Assembly (NCBI GenBank): GCA_965208905.1
Contig: OZ242365.1
Span: 2,048,001-2,112,000 of the forward strand
From: Nitrosopumilaceae archaeon
GTDB lineage: Archaea > Thermoproteota > Nitrososphaeria > Nitrososphaerales > Nitrosopumilaceae
Direction: 5' to 3'
Length of the DNA: 64,000 nucleotides
This document shows, piece after piece, positions 30,178 to 40,736 of this stretch. A program made the position numbers and the translations under genes. Each line of letters starts with the position of its first letter. The stretch's first letter is position 1. Below the pieces are notes generated by a model, which worked only from the letters and a program-made list of their open reading frames with translations, had not been told where the DNA came from and ran no database searches.

Positions 30178-31348
30178 GGATGACTACACAGGAAACCTAT
30201 ACCAAAAGTTTCCTGTAACTGTAAGGCGCGGTCAGGGAGCCGTCATCTGGGATGAGAATGACACTGAATATATAGACATGATGGGAGGTTACGGAGTTGC
30301 AATAGTCGGACACTGCAATGAGCGTGTTGTAAAGGCCATAAAAGAACAAGTAGATAACATAATTACAGTACACAGCTCATTATATAACAAAAGTCGCGAA
30401 AAGTTCCTAGATCTGTTATCGTCTGTAGCTCCTGATGGTCTGTCGGGCATACACCTGAACAACAGTGGTGCCGAATCCATAGAGGCAGCTATAAAGTTTG
30501 CGCGCAAGTTCACATCAAAGAGAGGTGTAGTTGCCATGCGCGGCTCGTATCATGGCAAGTCCATGGGAGCACTATCATTAACATTCAATCCGAAATACCG
30601 AAGACCCTTTGCACCCCTACTGTCTGATGTATCCTTTGCTAAATTTGGCGATACAGAGTCATTGGACGATTCAATAACTGATGACACTGGCATGGTGATA
30701 GTAGAACCCGTACAGGGTGAGAGTGGTATACATGTGGCTCCTGATGGGTTTTTACAGCATATGCGCCGCATATGTGATGAAAGAGATATACTGTTGGTCT
30801 TTGATGAGGTGCAGGCGGGCCTGGGCCGTACCGGTAGGATGTGGGCGGGCTCTCATTGGGATGTGGTTCCAGATATAATGTGTGTGGCAAAGGGTATGGC
30901 CGGAGGCGTTCCCATGGGCGCCACACTAACAAGACCCGACATACTATCATGCATATCAAAGGGGGAGCACTCATCCACATTTGGAGGAAACCCACTGTCT
31001 TGCGCCGCTGGCGAGGCCACATTCAACGCCCTGCTCAAGGATGGTCTTGTGCAGAATGCATCTAGTGTGGGACTACACATACGAGAGTCTTTAAACAGAA
31101 TGCAAAAGAGCCACCCACTGATTCGTGATGTTCGTGGCCTTGGCCTCATGATTGGTGTCGAGTTGCGCTTTGAGGTACGCGACATACTACATGAACTAAT
31201 AAAAGAAGGCGTACTGATGCTGTACTCTGGCCGAAACGTCTTGCGCATGCTGCCTCCTCTGGTACTCACAAAAGAGCAGGCAGATACTGTCTTGTATAAA
31301 CTTGAAAAGGCAATACAAAATGAAGAGAGAAAGAGGGGGTTGATGTAA
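30164..31348 (+). CDS. argD: Acetylornithine/[LysW]-semialdehyde aminotransferase (ArgD/LysJ)
   Basis: NSGAESIE, FDEVQAGLGRTG, AKGMAGG, STFGGNPL. Confidence 0.92.
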   Translation: MMMGEDDYTGNLYQKFPVTVRRGQGAVIWDENDTEYIDMMGGYGVAIVGHCNERVVKAIKEQVDNIITVHSSLYNKSREKFLDLLSSVAPDGLSGIHLNNSGAESIEAAIKFARKFTSKRGVVAMRGSYHGKSMGALSLTFNPKYRRPFAPLLSDVSFAKFGDTESLDDSITDDTGMVIVEPVQGESGIHVAPDGFLQHMRRICDERDILLVFDEVQAGLGRTGRMWAGSHWDVVPDIMCVAKGMAGGVPMGATLTRPDILSCISKGEHSSTFGGNPLSCAAGEATFNALLKDGLVQNASSVGLHIRESLNRMQKSHPLIRDVRGLGLMIGVELRFEVRDILHELIKEGVLMLYSGRNVLRMLPPLVLTKEQADTVLYKLEKAIQNEERKRGLM

Positions 31349-31350
31349 GG

Positions 31351-31767
31351 TTGCCAGACTACAATCCTGACGAGACCGACTGCATAATACTAAACATACT
31401 AGAGGAGAATGGTCGTGAATCATTGGCCAATATTGCCAAAGATGCAGGAATGTCGACTGCGGCAGTTGGCCGGCGAATACGAAAGATGGTGGACTCGGGT
31501 GTAATTCGCAAGTTTACTATAGAACGAAATGAGGCGGGAGCCATAGTACTGGTATCGGTGGATGCCGAGCACGATACTGCCCAAATATCTGAAATGTTGT
31601 CACAGTCATTAGGCATAAAGACAGTATACGAGATAACTGGCCAGTATGATATCGCTTGTATAATACGTGCTGCAGCCATACCTGAGATAAACGATCGTAT
31701 AGATGAGTTGCGCCGAACCCCAGGTGTAGCCGACACCAACACTGTAATAATACTACGTCGTGTCTGA
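31351..31767 (+). CDS. Lrp/AsnC regulator (LysM-like)
   Basis: HTH followed by YEITGQYD; last gene of the arg/lys operon. Confidence 0.88.
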   Translation: MPDYNPDETDCIILNILEENGRESLANIAKDAGMSTAAVGRRIRKMVDSGVIRKFTIERNEAGAIVLVSVDAEHDTAQISEMLSQSLGIKTVYEITGQYDIACIIRAAAIPEINDRIDELRRTPGVADTNTVIILRRV

Positions 31768-31851
31768 GGCGTATGTCGTCTGCACTATCTGAATTTCACA
31801 TACCTGTAAATTTTGTATGTGATTTTCAGGTTTGATACAATTACAGCATGA

Positions 31852-32520
31852 TTACTTTAATACTTCTCCTGTACCTACTGCCTTGTCAAGTTTTTCAGTG
31901 ATGTGTACTATGTCATTTTTTATCTTTTCATATTCGGGAAAACCTTTTCCTACACCGCTTGCCGGTTTTATCTTTTCAAAACGTGTCATAAATGACTGAA
32001 TCTCTGCTATAAATAGTGGGTCTAGCACGTCCACCGAAGACCCTATCGTATTGTGGGTACGACTCAAGACAGGTTGCAGCGAGCGATAGTTTTCACGTAT
32101 ATTCTGTGGTACATCCTCATACACCTTGGCTTTGTTCAACGCCATGTTCATCAAACCCATATTCATGAGCATGACACTAAAGTTGTTCTTTAGTAGTTGG
32201 GAGTTGAATACTAGTAGTCGTCTTTTGGACTCTTCACTTCGTTTTAGTATCTTGTCTATACGTTCAGAGTTCTGAACTAGACGCTTGTAGCTTTTGGATC
32301 CTAGATAGTGAAGAAATATTCCCAGCGCTATGGCAATCACGACATCGCCCAGTATGAAGGCCATCCAGCCCGAAGGACTACAGTGAGGATCAAAATATGT
32401 AAGAGAGCACGTATGTGTCTCCTCAGTAATGTCGTCCTGAGAGAATGCGACAATTGAGGTTACCGTCACATTGAGCACAAAGAACAAGGCTACAAAGAGA
32501 ACTATGATCTTGGCATCCAT
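31852..32520 (-). CDS. Membrane hypothetical protein
   Basis: Two hydrophobic helices then a helical domain. Confidence 0.7.
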   Translation of the reverse strand: MDAKIIVLFVALFFVLNVTVTSIVAFSQDDITEETHTCSLTYFDPHCSPSGWMAFILGDVVIAIALGIFLHYLGSKSYKRLVQNSERIDKILKRSEESKRRLLVFNSQLLKNNFSVMLMNMGLMNMALNKAKVYEDVPQNIRENYRSLQPVLSRTHNTIGSSVDVLDPLFIAEIQSFMTRFEKIKPASGVGKGFPEYEKIKNDIVHITEKLDKAVGTGEVLK

Positions 32521-32820
32521 ATTTGTGGTTACAAATCAGTGTGTATTATATTATTTGGTCTGTTTTTTGGATTTTGCGTGTGAAATGCTGAACGTAATGT
32601 GTTGACTTATTCATGGCATGTATGGACTAAGCATAGCCAGGCCATTCTAGATCCACATTTTTATTTTTAATTCAGCGTATCTTATTATAATTACGAAATA
32701 AAATTAAACGAAACATAATGCATTTTTCAGATCAAATGTATAAGGCAAGCACCAAGGTTCTCGTTGTATTAGAAATTACACATAATGGCAGTTCAAAATA
32801 TTTAAAAAAACCCAACAAAG

Positions 32821-34152
32821 ATGTTCATCATGGCAAAGTTTCTTATTGTCGGGTCCGGGGCTCGGGAAGCATCATTTGCGCTACAATTAATGAAGGACAC
32901 GCAGCTGTATGGTGTTATAGGACACAAGAACCCTCTGATAATAGACTGTATTCACCAATCTGGAGGGGAGTACATTGTGGATGATGCCGATGATCCAGAT
33001 ACAGTACTGAAGTTTGCCAAACAACACAAGATAGATTATGCTTTTGTTAATGCTGATCAACCTCTGGCCAACGGCGTTGTTGATGTTCTATTGGAGCACG
33101 GCATCAAAGCTATTGGTGGAACACAGGCTGCAACCCGTATAGAGTGGGACAAGGTATACGCCATGGAGATGATGCAGAAGAGGTGTCCTGAATTTACTCC
33201 ATTTTATATTGTGGTATCTGATAAAAGATCACTATCCCAAGCACTATCCGAATTCAAATCCCGTAATCTTGAGGTTGTAGTAAAGCCTCAGGGCCTTACT
33301 GGGGGGAAAGGTGTCAAAGTAATGCCAATACACCTACCCACATATGATGACTGCTATAACTATGCCATGTCGTTATTTGATGGACGGCCCAATGAGAGTG
33401 TATTATTGGTGGAAAGATTGCAGGGGATAGAGTTCACCATAATGGGAATTACTGATGGCAAGAATCTAGTTATGGCCCCTGCCAGTTACGACTATCCGTT
33501 CCGGTATGAGGGTGATGTGGGGCCTGGAACTGGTGGTATGGGATGCTTCACTGCAGCAGAGAAGAAACTTCCATTCATGACAGATGAGAACCTGACAGAC
33601 TGTAAGACCATAATGCAACGTATAATTGATGAGATGCGACATACAGGTCTACGTTTTAGCGGAGTTCTAAATGGTGGATTCTTTAAGACCACAAGGGGCA
33701 TAAAATTTATGGAGTTTAATGGGCGCTTTGGTGATCCTGAAGGGTTGAACGTCCTAAGTGTTCTGGATGGTTCACTGGCATCTGTTCTAGTTCACATCTG
33801 GAATGGAACCATATCTGATGATGTGATTACATTTGCCAAAAAGGCTAGTGTCACTAAATATCTGGTTGCAAAGGAGTATCCGGAACACAGCGGCACAGCA
33901 ACTGAATTCACCATAGATGTAAAGTCCATTGCAGAGATGGGCATAAAGACGTACTTTGCCTCCTGTATACAGGTGGGCGATACAAGATATAGGACACTTA
34001 AAAAGTCACGGGTCGTTGCCTTGGGTGCCGTAGCCGATACAATACAAGAGGCATCTCATATAGTAAATATAGCCATAGACAGACACATACAAGGCAATCT
34101 AGAGTATAGGTCCGATATAGGTTCTGCTGAAAGTCTGCAAAGACTCCATTGA
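32821..34152 (+). CDS. purD: Phosphoribosylamine-glycine ligase
   Basis: VGSGARE, GGKGV, GPGTGGMG, EFNGRFGDPE. Confidence 0.93.
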   Translation: MFIMAKFLIVGSGAREASFALQLMKDTQLYGVIGHKNPLIIDCIHQSGGEYIVDDADDPDTVLKFAKQHKIDYAFVNADQPLANGVVDVLLEHGIKAIGGTQAATRIEWDKVYAMEMMQKRCPEFTPFYIVVSDKRSLSQALSEFKSRNLEVVVKPQGLTGGKGVKVMPIHLPTYDDCYNYAMSLFDGRPNESVLLVERLQGIEFTIMGITDGKNLVMAPASYDYPFRYEGDVGPGTGGMGCFTAAEKKLPFMTDENLTDCKTIMQRIIDEMRHTGLRFSGVLNGGFFKTTRGIKFMEFNGRFGDPEGLNVLSVLDGSLASVLVHIWNGTISDDVITFAKKASVTKYLVAKEYPEHSGTATEFTIDVKSIAEMGIKTYFASCIQVGDTRYRTLKKSRVVALGAVADTIQEASHIVNIAIDRHIQGNLEYRSDIGSAESLQRLH

Positions 34153-34394
34153 TGCTTTTTAAAGTGTACTGTATGTAGACTCCTACAATTTTGATGTAAA
34201 AGACACACATGTAGCGTAATCCATACTGGTGCTGAGATGTAATACATTACATAATGACCATTCATACCAAGATCTTGTGACAGTGTCGGTATACTGCATT
34301 CTGCCATTGTATATACATCAAAAGTGCAGTATTTGATGGTCAGATTATATCAGACTGTTCATCTGTTGTCTTTACGTGTGAGCCCACAGAAGAC

Positions 34395-34496
34395 TTATAA
34401 AAGACCACATTTCACCATACATCATGATGACAACCGCAACCCAAACGTTGTTGGTATTGTCCTAGCGCGTTAAACTACGCGCATTTGAGGTGTGTT
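34395..34496 (+). promoter_or_regulatory. ilv/leu leader: TATA box, leader ORF 34424-34465 (MMTTATQTLLVLS*), hairpin 34465-34482, SD GAGGTG
   Basis: TTATAAAA at 34395; GCGCGT-TAAACT-ACGCGC stem; ATG of ilvB at 34497. Confidence 0.65.
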
Positions 34497-36197
34497 ATGT
34501 CTAGTAATATCAAAACAATGAGTGGAGCTCAAGCATTAATGGAGGCCATGGAACGTGAGGGAGTCAAGGAGGTGTTTGGACTGCCTGGAGGCGCCAACCT
34601 TCCCATGTATGATGAATTCAACCGGTGTGACATTCGCCACATTCTGGTACGCCATGAGCAGTCTGCATCGCACATGGCAGATGGATATGGCCGTGTCAGC
34701 CGCAGGCCGGGAGTCTGCTTTGCCACATCCGGACCTGGTGCTACAAATATACTGACAGGCATAGCCACTGCGCAGGCGGACTCGGCTCCAATGATTGCAG
34801 TTACCGGTCAGGTACCCGTCAATATGATTGGCAAGGATGCTTTTCAGGAGAGTGACATAATGGGGATGGCAAATCCGGTAGTAAAGTATGCATTTCAACC
34901 CCGGACACCTCAAGAGGTACCAGTAGCAGTTCAAAAGGGCTTTTATATTGCATCAACAGGAAGACCAGGACCTGTTCTTATCGACATCCCCAAGGATGTA
35001 CAAACTGATAAGGCAGAGATGTGTTATGTAGAAAACTTCAAGATTCGTGGTTATCACCCGTGGGTGGAGCCGGATGTAACCAGTATCGGGCGCGCCATCG
35101 ATACTGTGATTCGCGCAGACAGGCCCATAATACTGGCTGGTGGCGGAACCATAATATCATCTGCATTTGCCGAACTTCAGGCACTAGCAGAGTTTCTATC
35201 CATACCCGTAGTAACCACATTCAAGGGTAAGGGTGCATTTCCTGAAAATCATGCACTCTCACTAGGGCCGATAGGCATGCATGGCCATGCTGAAGCCAAC
35301 AAGGTGATATCCGAAGCAGATTGCGTACTGGCAGTAGGTACTCGCTTCTCTGATCGTTCTGTGGGAACATTTGATGACTTTGAGAGTCGTAGAAGTATCA
35401 TACACATGGATATCGACCCCGCCGAGATAGGTAAAAATCAGACTACCAATGTTGCGGTGATAGGGGATGTAAAGGTCACACTACGCATGATGCTGGCCAT
35501 GCTACAAGAGCGACGTATACAAATAACAGAAGGCGGGGAGTGGGTACGGCACGCACAAGAGATGCACAAATACTGGCAGGAGAACTTAAAGATTCATCCT
35601 GGAGAGCTGAGCGCCGCCCGCATACTGCGCAAACTACGTGAGGTATTACCATCCGAATCCATAGTTACTACAGAAGTGGGACAGCACCAGATGTGGGCAT
35701 CACTCTTCTTTGATGTTATATCGCCGGGTACCTTCTTTAGCTCGACTGGCCTTGGTACTATGGGATGGGGATTTCCCGCCGCCATAGGGGCTAAAGTGGC
35801 CAAGCCAGATGTACCTGTCGTGGATATTGCAGGTGATGGCAGCTTCAACATGACAGAGAACTCTCTGGCGACATCGGTACTAGAGAACATTCCGGTCATT
35901 GTCTTTTTAGTGAATAATTATAGTCTGGGTATGGTGGCCCAATGGCAGAGGACGTTCTTTAAGCGCCGAATGGTGGGTGTGGATCAGGGCCAGTGTCCAG
36001 ACTATGTAAAACTAGCCGAGTCATACGGCGCGCAGGGCATACGGGCTCATACCATAGATGAGCTGGATGCCGCCATACGGGCTGCCCTCAAAAGTGATAT
36101 TGCTACAGTTATAGACATACCAATTGATCCTGAAGAAGACGTGCTGCCCTTTGTAGCTCCGGGAACACCACTCACCAAAATGATACTGCCGTCGTGA
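34497..36197 (+). CDS. ilvB: Acetolactate synthase large subunit
   Basis: FGLPGGA, RHEQ, TSGPGATN, GDGSFNM...NN. Confidence 0.95.
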   Translation: MSSNIKTMSGAQALMEAMEREGVKEVFGLPGGANLPMYDEFNRCDIRHILVRHEQSASHMADGYGRVSRRPGVCFATSGPGATNILTGIATAQADSAPMIAVTGQVPVNMIGKDAFQESDIMGMANPVVKYAFQPRTPQEVPVAVQKGFYIASTGRPGPVLIDIPKDVQTDKAEMCYVENFKIRGYHPWVEPDVTSIGRAIDTVIRADRPIILAGGGTIISSAFAELQALAEFLSIPVVTTFKGKGAFPENHALSLGPIGMHGHAEANKVISEADCVLAVGTRFSDRSVGTFDDFESRRSIIHMDIDPAEIGKNQTTNVAVIGDVKVTLRMMLAMLQERRIQITEGGEWVRHAQEMHKYWQENLKIHPGELSAARILRKLREVLPSESIVTTEVGQHQMWASLFFDVISPGTFFSSTGLGTMGWGFPAAIGAKVAKPDVPVVDIAGDGSFNMTENSLATSVLENIPVIVFLVNNYSLGMVAQWQRTFFKRRMVGVDQGQCPDYVKLAESYGAQGIRAHTIDELDAAIRAALKSDIATVIDIPIDPEEDVLPFVAPGTPLTKMILPS

Positions 36198-36204
36198 TGA
36201 TAAT

Positions 36205-36690
36205 ATGGTGTGGGCGATATTCTCAATTCTAGTGGAAAACAAACTAGGAATACTCTTTGCTGTAACACATCTATTTAGGGCCAGAAACTTCAACATTGAC
36301 AGTATAGCGGTGGGGGTTACTGAGAACCCTACATACTCTAGAATGACAATTACGACATTTGGTGATGAGCGACAACTGGAACAGATTCGAAAACAACTGG
36401 ACAAGATGATAGACACTGTAGATGTACGCCGTCTAGACGATCACAAGACCGTATATAGGGAACTTGCCATTTTCAAGATAAAGATAGCCAGCGCAGAAGA
36501 CAGTATGGAAGTGAACAAACTGATAAATGCATTTGGTGCAAAGGCTCATGACTCCCGCAAAGAGTCCATAATGGCGGAGCTGACAACCACACCGGATCAG
36601 ATACGCGCATTTCAAGAACTGGCAGATCGGTTTGGCATCATAGAGATGGTACGTACGGGAATAGCCGCACTACAGAGAAGTGGATCATGA
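36205..36690 (+). CDS. ilvN: Acetolactate synthase small subunit
   Basis: ACT domain VENKLGIL...RNFNIDSI, EMVRTG. Confidence 0.92.
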   Translation: MVWAIFSILVENKLGILFAVTHLFRARNFNIDSIAVGVTENPTYSRMTITTFGDERQLEQIRKQLDKMIDTVDVRRLDDHKTVYRELAIFKIKIASAEDSMEVNKLINAFGAKAHDSRKESIMAELTTTPDQIRAFQELADRFGIIEMVRTGIAALQRSGS

Positions 36691-38195
36691 AGATACGACT
36701 CTTTGATACTACACTGCGCGACGGCGAGCAGACACCCGGAGTCTCACTATCCCCACCACAAAAGGTGATCATTGCAAAGAGATTGGATGAGTTAGGGGTG
36801 GATGTCATTGAAGCTGGATTTCCCGTAATATCTGCTGGAGAGGCTCAGGCAGTTCGACTCATATCTGATGAGAACCTAAGCTGTGAGATATGCGCGCTTG
36901 CACGCGCAAACAGCAAAGATATCGATGCAGTGTCTAATGCAAACCTATCGTATGTACACACATTCATTGCAACATCTGACATACACCTAAAGTACAAACT
37001 AAAGATGACCAGAGAAGAGGCTCTGATAAAAGCCATAGATGCCGTCACCTATGCCAAATCTTTGGGACTAAAGGTAGAGTTCTCTGCCGAGGATGCCACC
37101 CGGACCGATAGGGAGTTTTTGAATAGGGTGTTCTCCGAGGTGGCCCGGGCAGGTGCTGACCGTATAGACATACCCGATACAGTGGGTTACTCCACACCTC
37201 AATACATGGCAGATATAACGTCTGATGCAATACAATCATCGGGACTTCCCGTATCTGTACACTGCCACAACGACTTTGGGCTGGCGGTGGCAAACGCACT
37301 GGCAGGCATTCAGGCAGGAGCTGTCTGCGCACATGTCACAATAAATGGTATTGGTGAGCGTGCAGGCAATGCATCACTAGAAGAGCTGAACATGGCATTA
37401 CAATGCCTTCAACACGACACCAAATATGAGACCAACATAAACTCTGAGATGATATACGAGACATCTAGATTTATCTCAAGCATGGTAGGCATAACAGTCC
37501 AGCCAAACAAGGCCATAGTTGGCGATAACGCCTTTGGACATGAGTCGGGTATACATACACATGGCATACTGAACAATCCATTGACATATGAGCCCATAAG
37601 TCCGGAACTTGTGGGACGGAAACGGTGGCTCAAGGTGGGCAAGCATGCAGGAATGCATGGAACCAATGCCATGCTTGCCGAGTACGGCATACATCCTACT
37701 GATGAGCAGTCACAACTCATACTATCTCGGGTGAAGGATATGGGTGACAGGGGCAAACTGGTAACCGAGGTCGAACTACTATCTATAGCCAATGATGTGA
37801 TGGATGATGATAGCATCAAGGATCTGGTAAAGTTGGATGGTTTCTCTGTATCCACGGGCATAGGTACTATGCCTTATGCCTTTGTCCGACTGAACATAAA
37901 CGGCAAAGAGTACTCAGAGACTGACTTTGGTGTGGGTCCTGTCGACGCAGCATTTAATGCAATACAAAAGATAACCGGCTCTACTTCTGAGCTCCTCATC
38001 AAAGATTATGGTTTAGCATCAATATCTGGTGGTTCTCAAGCTCTCTGCGAGGTTACCGTACATGTGGCGGATACTTCGGGAAATACAATATCCTCCAAAA
38101 CAATAGGCAAGGATATTGTTACCACCAGCGTAAGGGCTGTAATCAGTGGAGCCAACCGTTTAATGCTTAAAAAGATGACTACACAAGAAGAGTAA
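36687..38195 (+). CDS. leuA: 2-isopropylmalate (or citramalate) synthase
   Basis: DTTLRDGEQ, HCHNDFG, GERAGNA, C-terminal regulatory domain GVGPVDA. Confidence 0.88.
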   Translation: MKIRLFDTTLRDGEQTPGVSLSPPQKVIIAKRLDELGVDVIEAGFPVISAGEAQAVRLISDENLSCEICALARANSKDIDAVSNANLSYVHTFIATSDIHLKYKLKMTREEALIKAIDAVTYAKSLGLKVEFSAEDATRTDREFLNRVFSEVARAGADRIDIPDTVGYSTPQYMADITSDAIQSSGLPVSVHCHNDFGLAVANALAGIQAGAVCAHVTINGIGERAGNASLEELNMALQCLQHDTKYETNINSEMIYETSRFISSMVGITVQPNKAIVGDNAFGHESGIHTHGILNNPLTYEPISPELVGRKRWLKVGKHAGMHGTNAMLAEYGIHPTDEQSQLILSRVKDMGDRGKLVTEVELLSIANDVMDDDSIKDLVKLDGFSVSTGIGTMPYAFVRLNINGKEYSETDFGVGPVDAAFNAIQKITGSTSELLIKDYGLASISGGSQALCEVTVHVADTSGNTISSKTIGKDIVTTSVRAVISGANRLMLKKMTTQEE

Positions 38196-39244
38196 TGTAT
38201 GGAATATCACTGATAACTGGTGATGGTGTGGGACCCGAGCTGGCGGACTCCGGTGTTGCCATATTGGATACAATATCCGACTGTACGGATGTAAAATTTG
38301 ATATAACACAGCTAGTCGCAGGAGATACGGCCCTCAAAGATATGGGTACTGCACTGCCTGCCGACACATTAGACAACATAAAAAAATCGGACGCGTGTCT
38401 CAAAGCGCCCGTGGGAGAGTCTGCCGCGGATGTGATTGTGCATCTACGACGGGTGCTGGATTTGTACGCAAATATACGACCTGCCCGCTCTTATCCGGGA
38501 GTGGCTTGTCTGCGAGAGGATATAGACATGGTGATAGTTCGAGAGAATACCGAAGATCTGTATACGGGTATGGAGTTTCAGATTGATGATGCTGCCATTG
38601 CACTGCGAATAATATCAAAGTCTGCATCACATAGAATAGCAAAGAAGGCATTTGAGATGGCTAAGCAACGGGACATGATGAAGAAGGTCACCTGCGTACA
38701 CAAATCGAACGTTATGCGAGTAAGTGATGGTCTGTTTCGTCGTACATGTGATGAGGTTGCTAAACAGTATGCTGATGTCATACTTGAGCATATGTATGTA
38801 GATGCATGCGCAATGAATCTAATACGACAGCCAGAGCAGTTTGATGTAATATTGACTACAAATCTATTTGGAGACATACTGTCAGATGAGTCTTCACAGG
38901 TGGTGGGCGGACTAGGGATTGCTCCGGCCGCAAACATTGGCGATAACTTTGCGCTCTTTGAACCGGTACATGGGGCCGCCTTTGATATTGCAGGTCGAAA
39001 TATGGTTAATCCCGTCTCATTCATACTATCTATACGCATGATGCTCGAATGGTTGGGCATGACAAAGTCTGATACCAGATGTATACGTATAGCAAATATA
39101 CTTGAGGGAGTCATTGCAGATACCATACAGAGTGGCAATGTAACCCATGATTTGGGTGGCAATCAAGGTACAAAAGAGTTTACAAATGTTATAGTAAATA
39201 CGTTCAAAGACTATTATCCCTCTGATGTAACAGATGTAACATGA
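38195..39244 (+). CDS. leuB: 3-isopropylmalate dehydrogenase family
   Basis: GDGVGPE, RENTE, NLFGDILSD, FEPVHG. Confidence 0.88.
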   Translation: MYGISLITGDGVGPELADSGVAILDTISDCTDVKFDITQLVAGDTALKDMGTALPADTLDNIKKSDACLKAPVGESAADVIVHLRRVLDLYANIRPARSYPGVACLREDIDMVIVRENTEDLYTGMEFQIDDAAIALRIISKSASHRIAKKAFEMAKQRDMMKKVTCVHKSNVMRVSDGLFRRTCDEVAKQYADVILEHMYVDACAMNLIRQPEQFDVILTTNLFGDILSDESSQVVGGLGIAPAANIGDNFALFEPVHGAAFDIAGRNMVNPVSFILSIRMMLEWLGMTKSDTRCIRIANILEGVIADTIQSGNVTHDLGGNQGTKEFTNVIVNTFKDYYPSDVTDVT

Positions 39245-39369
39245 TGTGTGTAATATGTAAGGAGAACAAGGGTACACAGCGTATACGAGATGGCAATCCC
39301 GCATACAAAGGAAAGCCTGTGTGTGCATTGTGTAACAAGGCTCGTAAGTTGTTGCTAGAGACCAAATAG
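39241..39369 (+). CDS. 42-aa zinc-finger microprotein
   Basis: MMCVICKENKGTQRIRDGNPAYKGKPVCALCNKARKLLLETK*; ATGA overlap with the leuB stop. Confidence 0.68.
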   Translation: MMCVICKENKGTQRIRDGNPAYKGKPVCALCNKARKLLLETK

Positions 39370-39370
39370 A

Positions 39371-40675
39371 TTAAGGCAGCAGTCTGTCTGTATCCCGGGG
39401 ATACAACACGACTTCACGAACATTGTCTGTTCCAGTCAGTATTGTCATGAGACGATCTAATCCCATACCCCAACCAGAGTGAGGTGGCATCCCCCAGCCG
39501 AACACCTCAAGGTGGTCGGCAAACTGCTCTGGATTCAGTCCCTGCTGTATGAGTCTGCCCCTTATGGTGGATGCGTCATGCAGGCGAGTGCCGCCTGATG
39601 ACAACTCCAGATAGCCATACTGCAAGTCAAAGGATTTGGATATGTCTGGATTATCATCCCTTCCCATTATATAGAAGGGCTTGAGACTCATTGGCCAGTC
39701 TGTCAGAAAGTAAAAGCCTGGATGGTTCTTGCCTACTATTCGCAGGTGGGCATCCTGCAAGTCATCACCAAAGCTCAAGTCATGCCCCTCCTCTTGAAGT
39801 TCATCTAAGGCATCCTGATATGTAATAACCTCAAATGGTGCAGACGGTACTGCAAGCTCATGCGCAAGGTTTGCCAGCGGTACAGTACATAAATCGGATA
39901 TGTCTTTAAAGACTCTACATATCATGGACTCAAGGGTTGTCATTACATCCGTATAGTCCATAAAGGCTGCCTCAATGTCGACACTGGTAAACTCGGTGAG
40001 GTGTCGTCCTGTATGTGAGTTTTCGGCCCTGTAAAAGTTCGAGACCTCAAATACGCGCTCGAGCCCCATCGTCATCTGCTCTTTGTATAACTGTGGACTT
40101 TGTGCCAGATATGCTGTCCTGCCAAAGTATTCCAATGAAAACAGATTTGCTCCACCCTCACTAGCACTACCTATTATCTTGGGGGTGGTTATCTCAGTGA
40201 ATCGGTCTGCCAAATGACTTCGTATGGATTGTAGTGCTACATGGCGTATATGAAATATGGAACTGGTTCTCTGATTTCTCATGTCCAGCGCCCGATGGTT
40301 CAGTCTTGTGTCGATATTGCTCTGTACACGCCCTATTGGGTCCACAGGTAGAGGATGTATGGCAGCTGTAAGCAGTTGTATATGGTTGGCTTTAATCTCA
40401 AAGTCAAAGTCCCGGGCCCGCGTTTCCTGTATTGTACCCTGTACTCGTATTACACTCTGCCGGGTCATCTTTGATACATCCTCGCCAGCCTGATCCTTTG
40501 CAATTATTTGACAACGGCCCGAAGCGTCTCGCAGTGTTACAAACACCATCTTGCCCATCTTGCGCAGGTCTTCTATCCAGCCACCTAGCACAATCTGCTC
40601 TCCAATCATCGACTTTTTCAAGTCGCCCACATCATGACTCTTTGTGAACTCCACAAGTATTGCTGGATATTTCAC
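39371..40675 (-). CDS. aspS: Aspartyl-tRNA synthetase (archaeal type)
   Basis: OB fold, SASEGGA, YLAQSPQLYK, YRAE, GMPPHSGWGMGLDR. Confidence 0.95.
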   Translation of the reverse strand: MKYPAILVEFTKSHDVGDLKKSMIGEQIVLGGWIEDLRKMGKMVFVTLRDASGRCQIIAKDQAGEDVSKMTRQSVIRVQGTIQETRARDFDFEIKANHIQLLTAAIHPLPVDPIGRVQSNIDTRLNHRALDMRNQRTSSIFHIRHVALQSIRSHLADRFTEITTPKIIGSASEGGANLFSLEYFGRTAYLAQSPQLYKEQMTMGLERVFEVSNFYRAENSHTGRHLTEFTSVDIEAAFMDYTDVMTTLESMICRVFKDISDLCTVPLANLAHELAVPSAPFEVITYQDALDELQEEGHDLSFGDDLQDAHLRIVGKNHPGFYFLTDWPMSLKPFYIMGRDDNPDISKSFDLQYGYLELSSGGTRLHDASTIRGRLIQQGLNPEQFADHLEVFGWGMPPHSGWGMGLDRLMTILTGTDNVREVVLYPRDTDRLLP

Positions 40676-40736
40676 CTAAATATGTCATCGTATTATGCCT
40701 AAAATGTTAAATCAGGTCTCTTATTGTATAGATATT

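Noticed and set aside
33444-33451. GGGAATTA inside purD
   Set aside because: Short chance match in an intact gene with no partner end.
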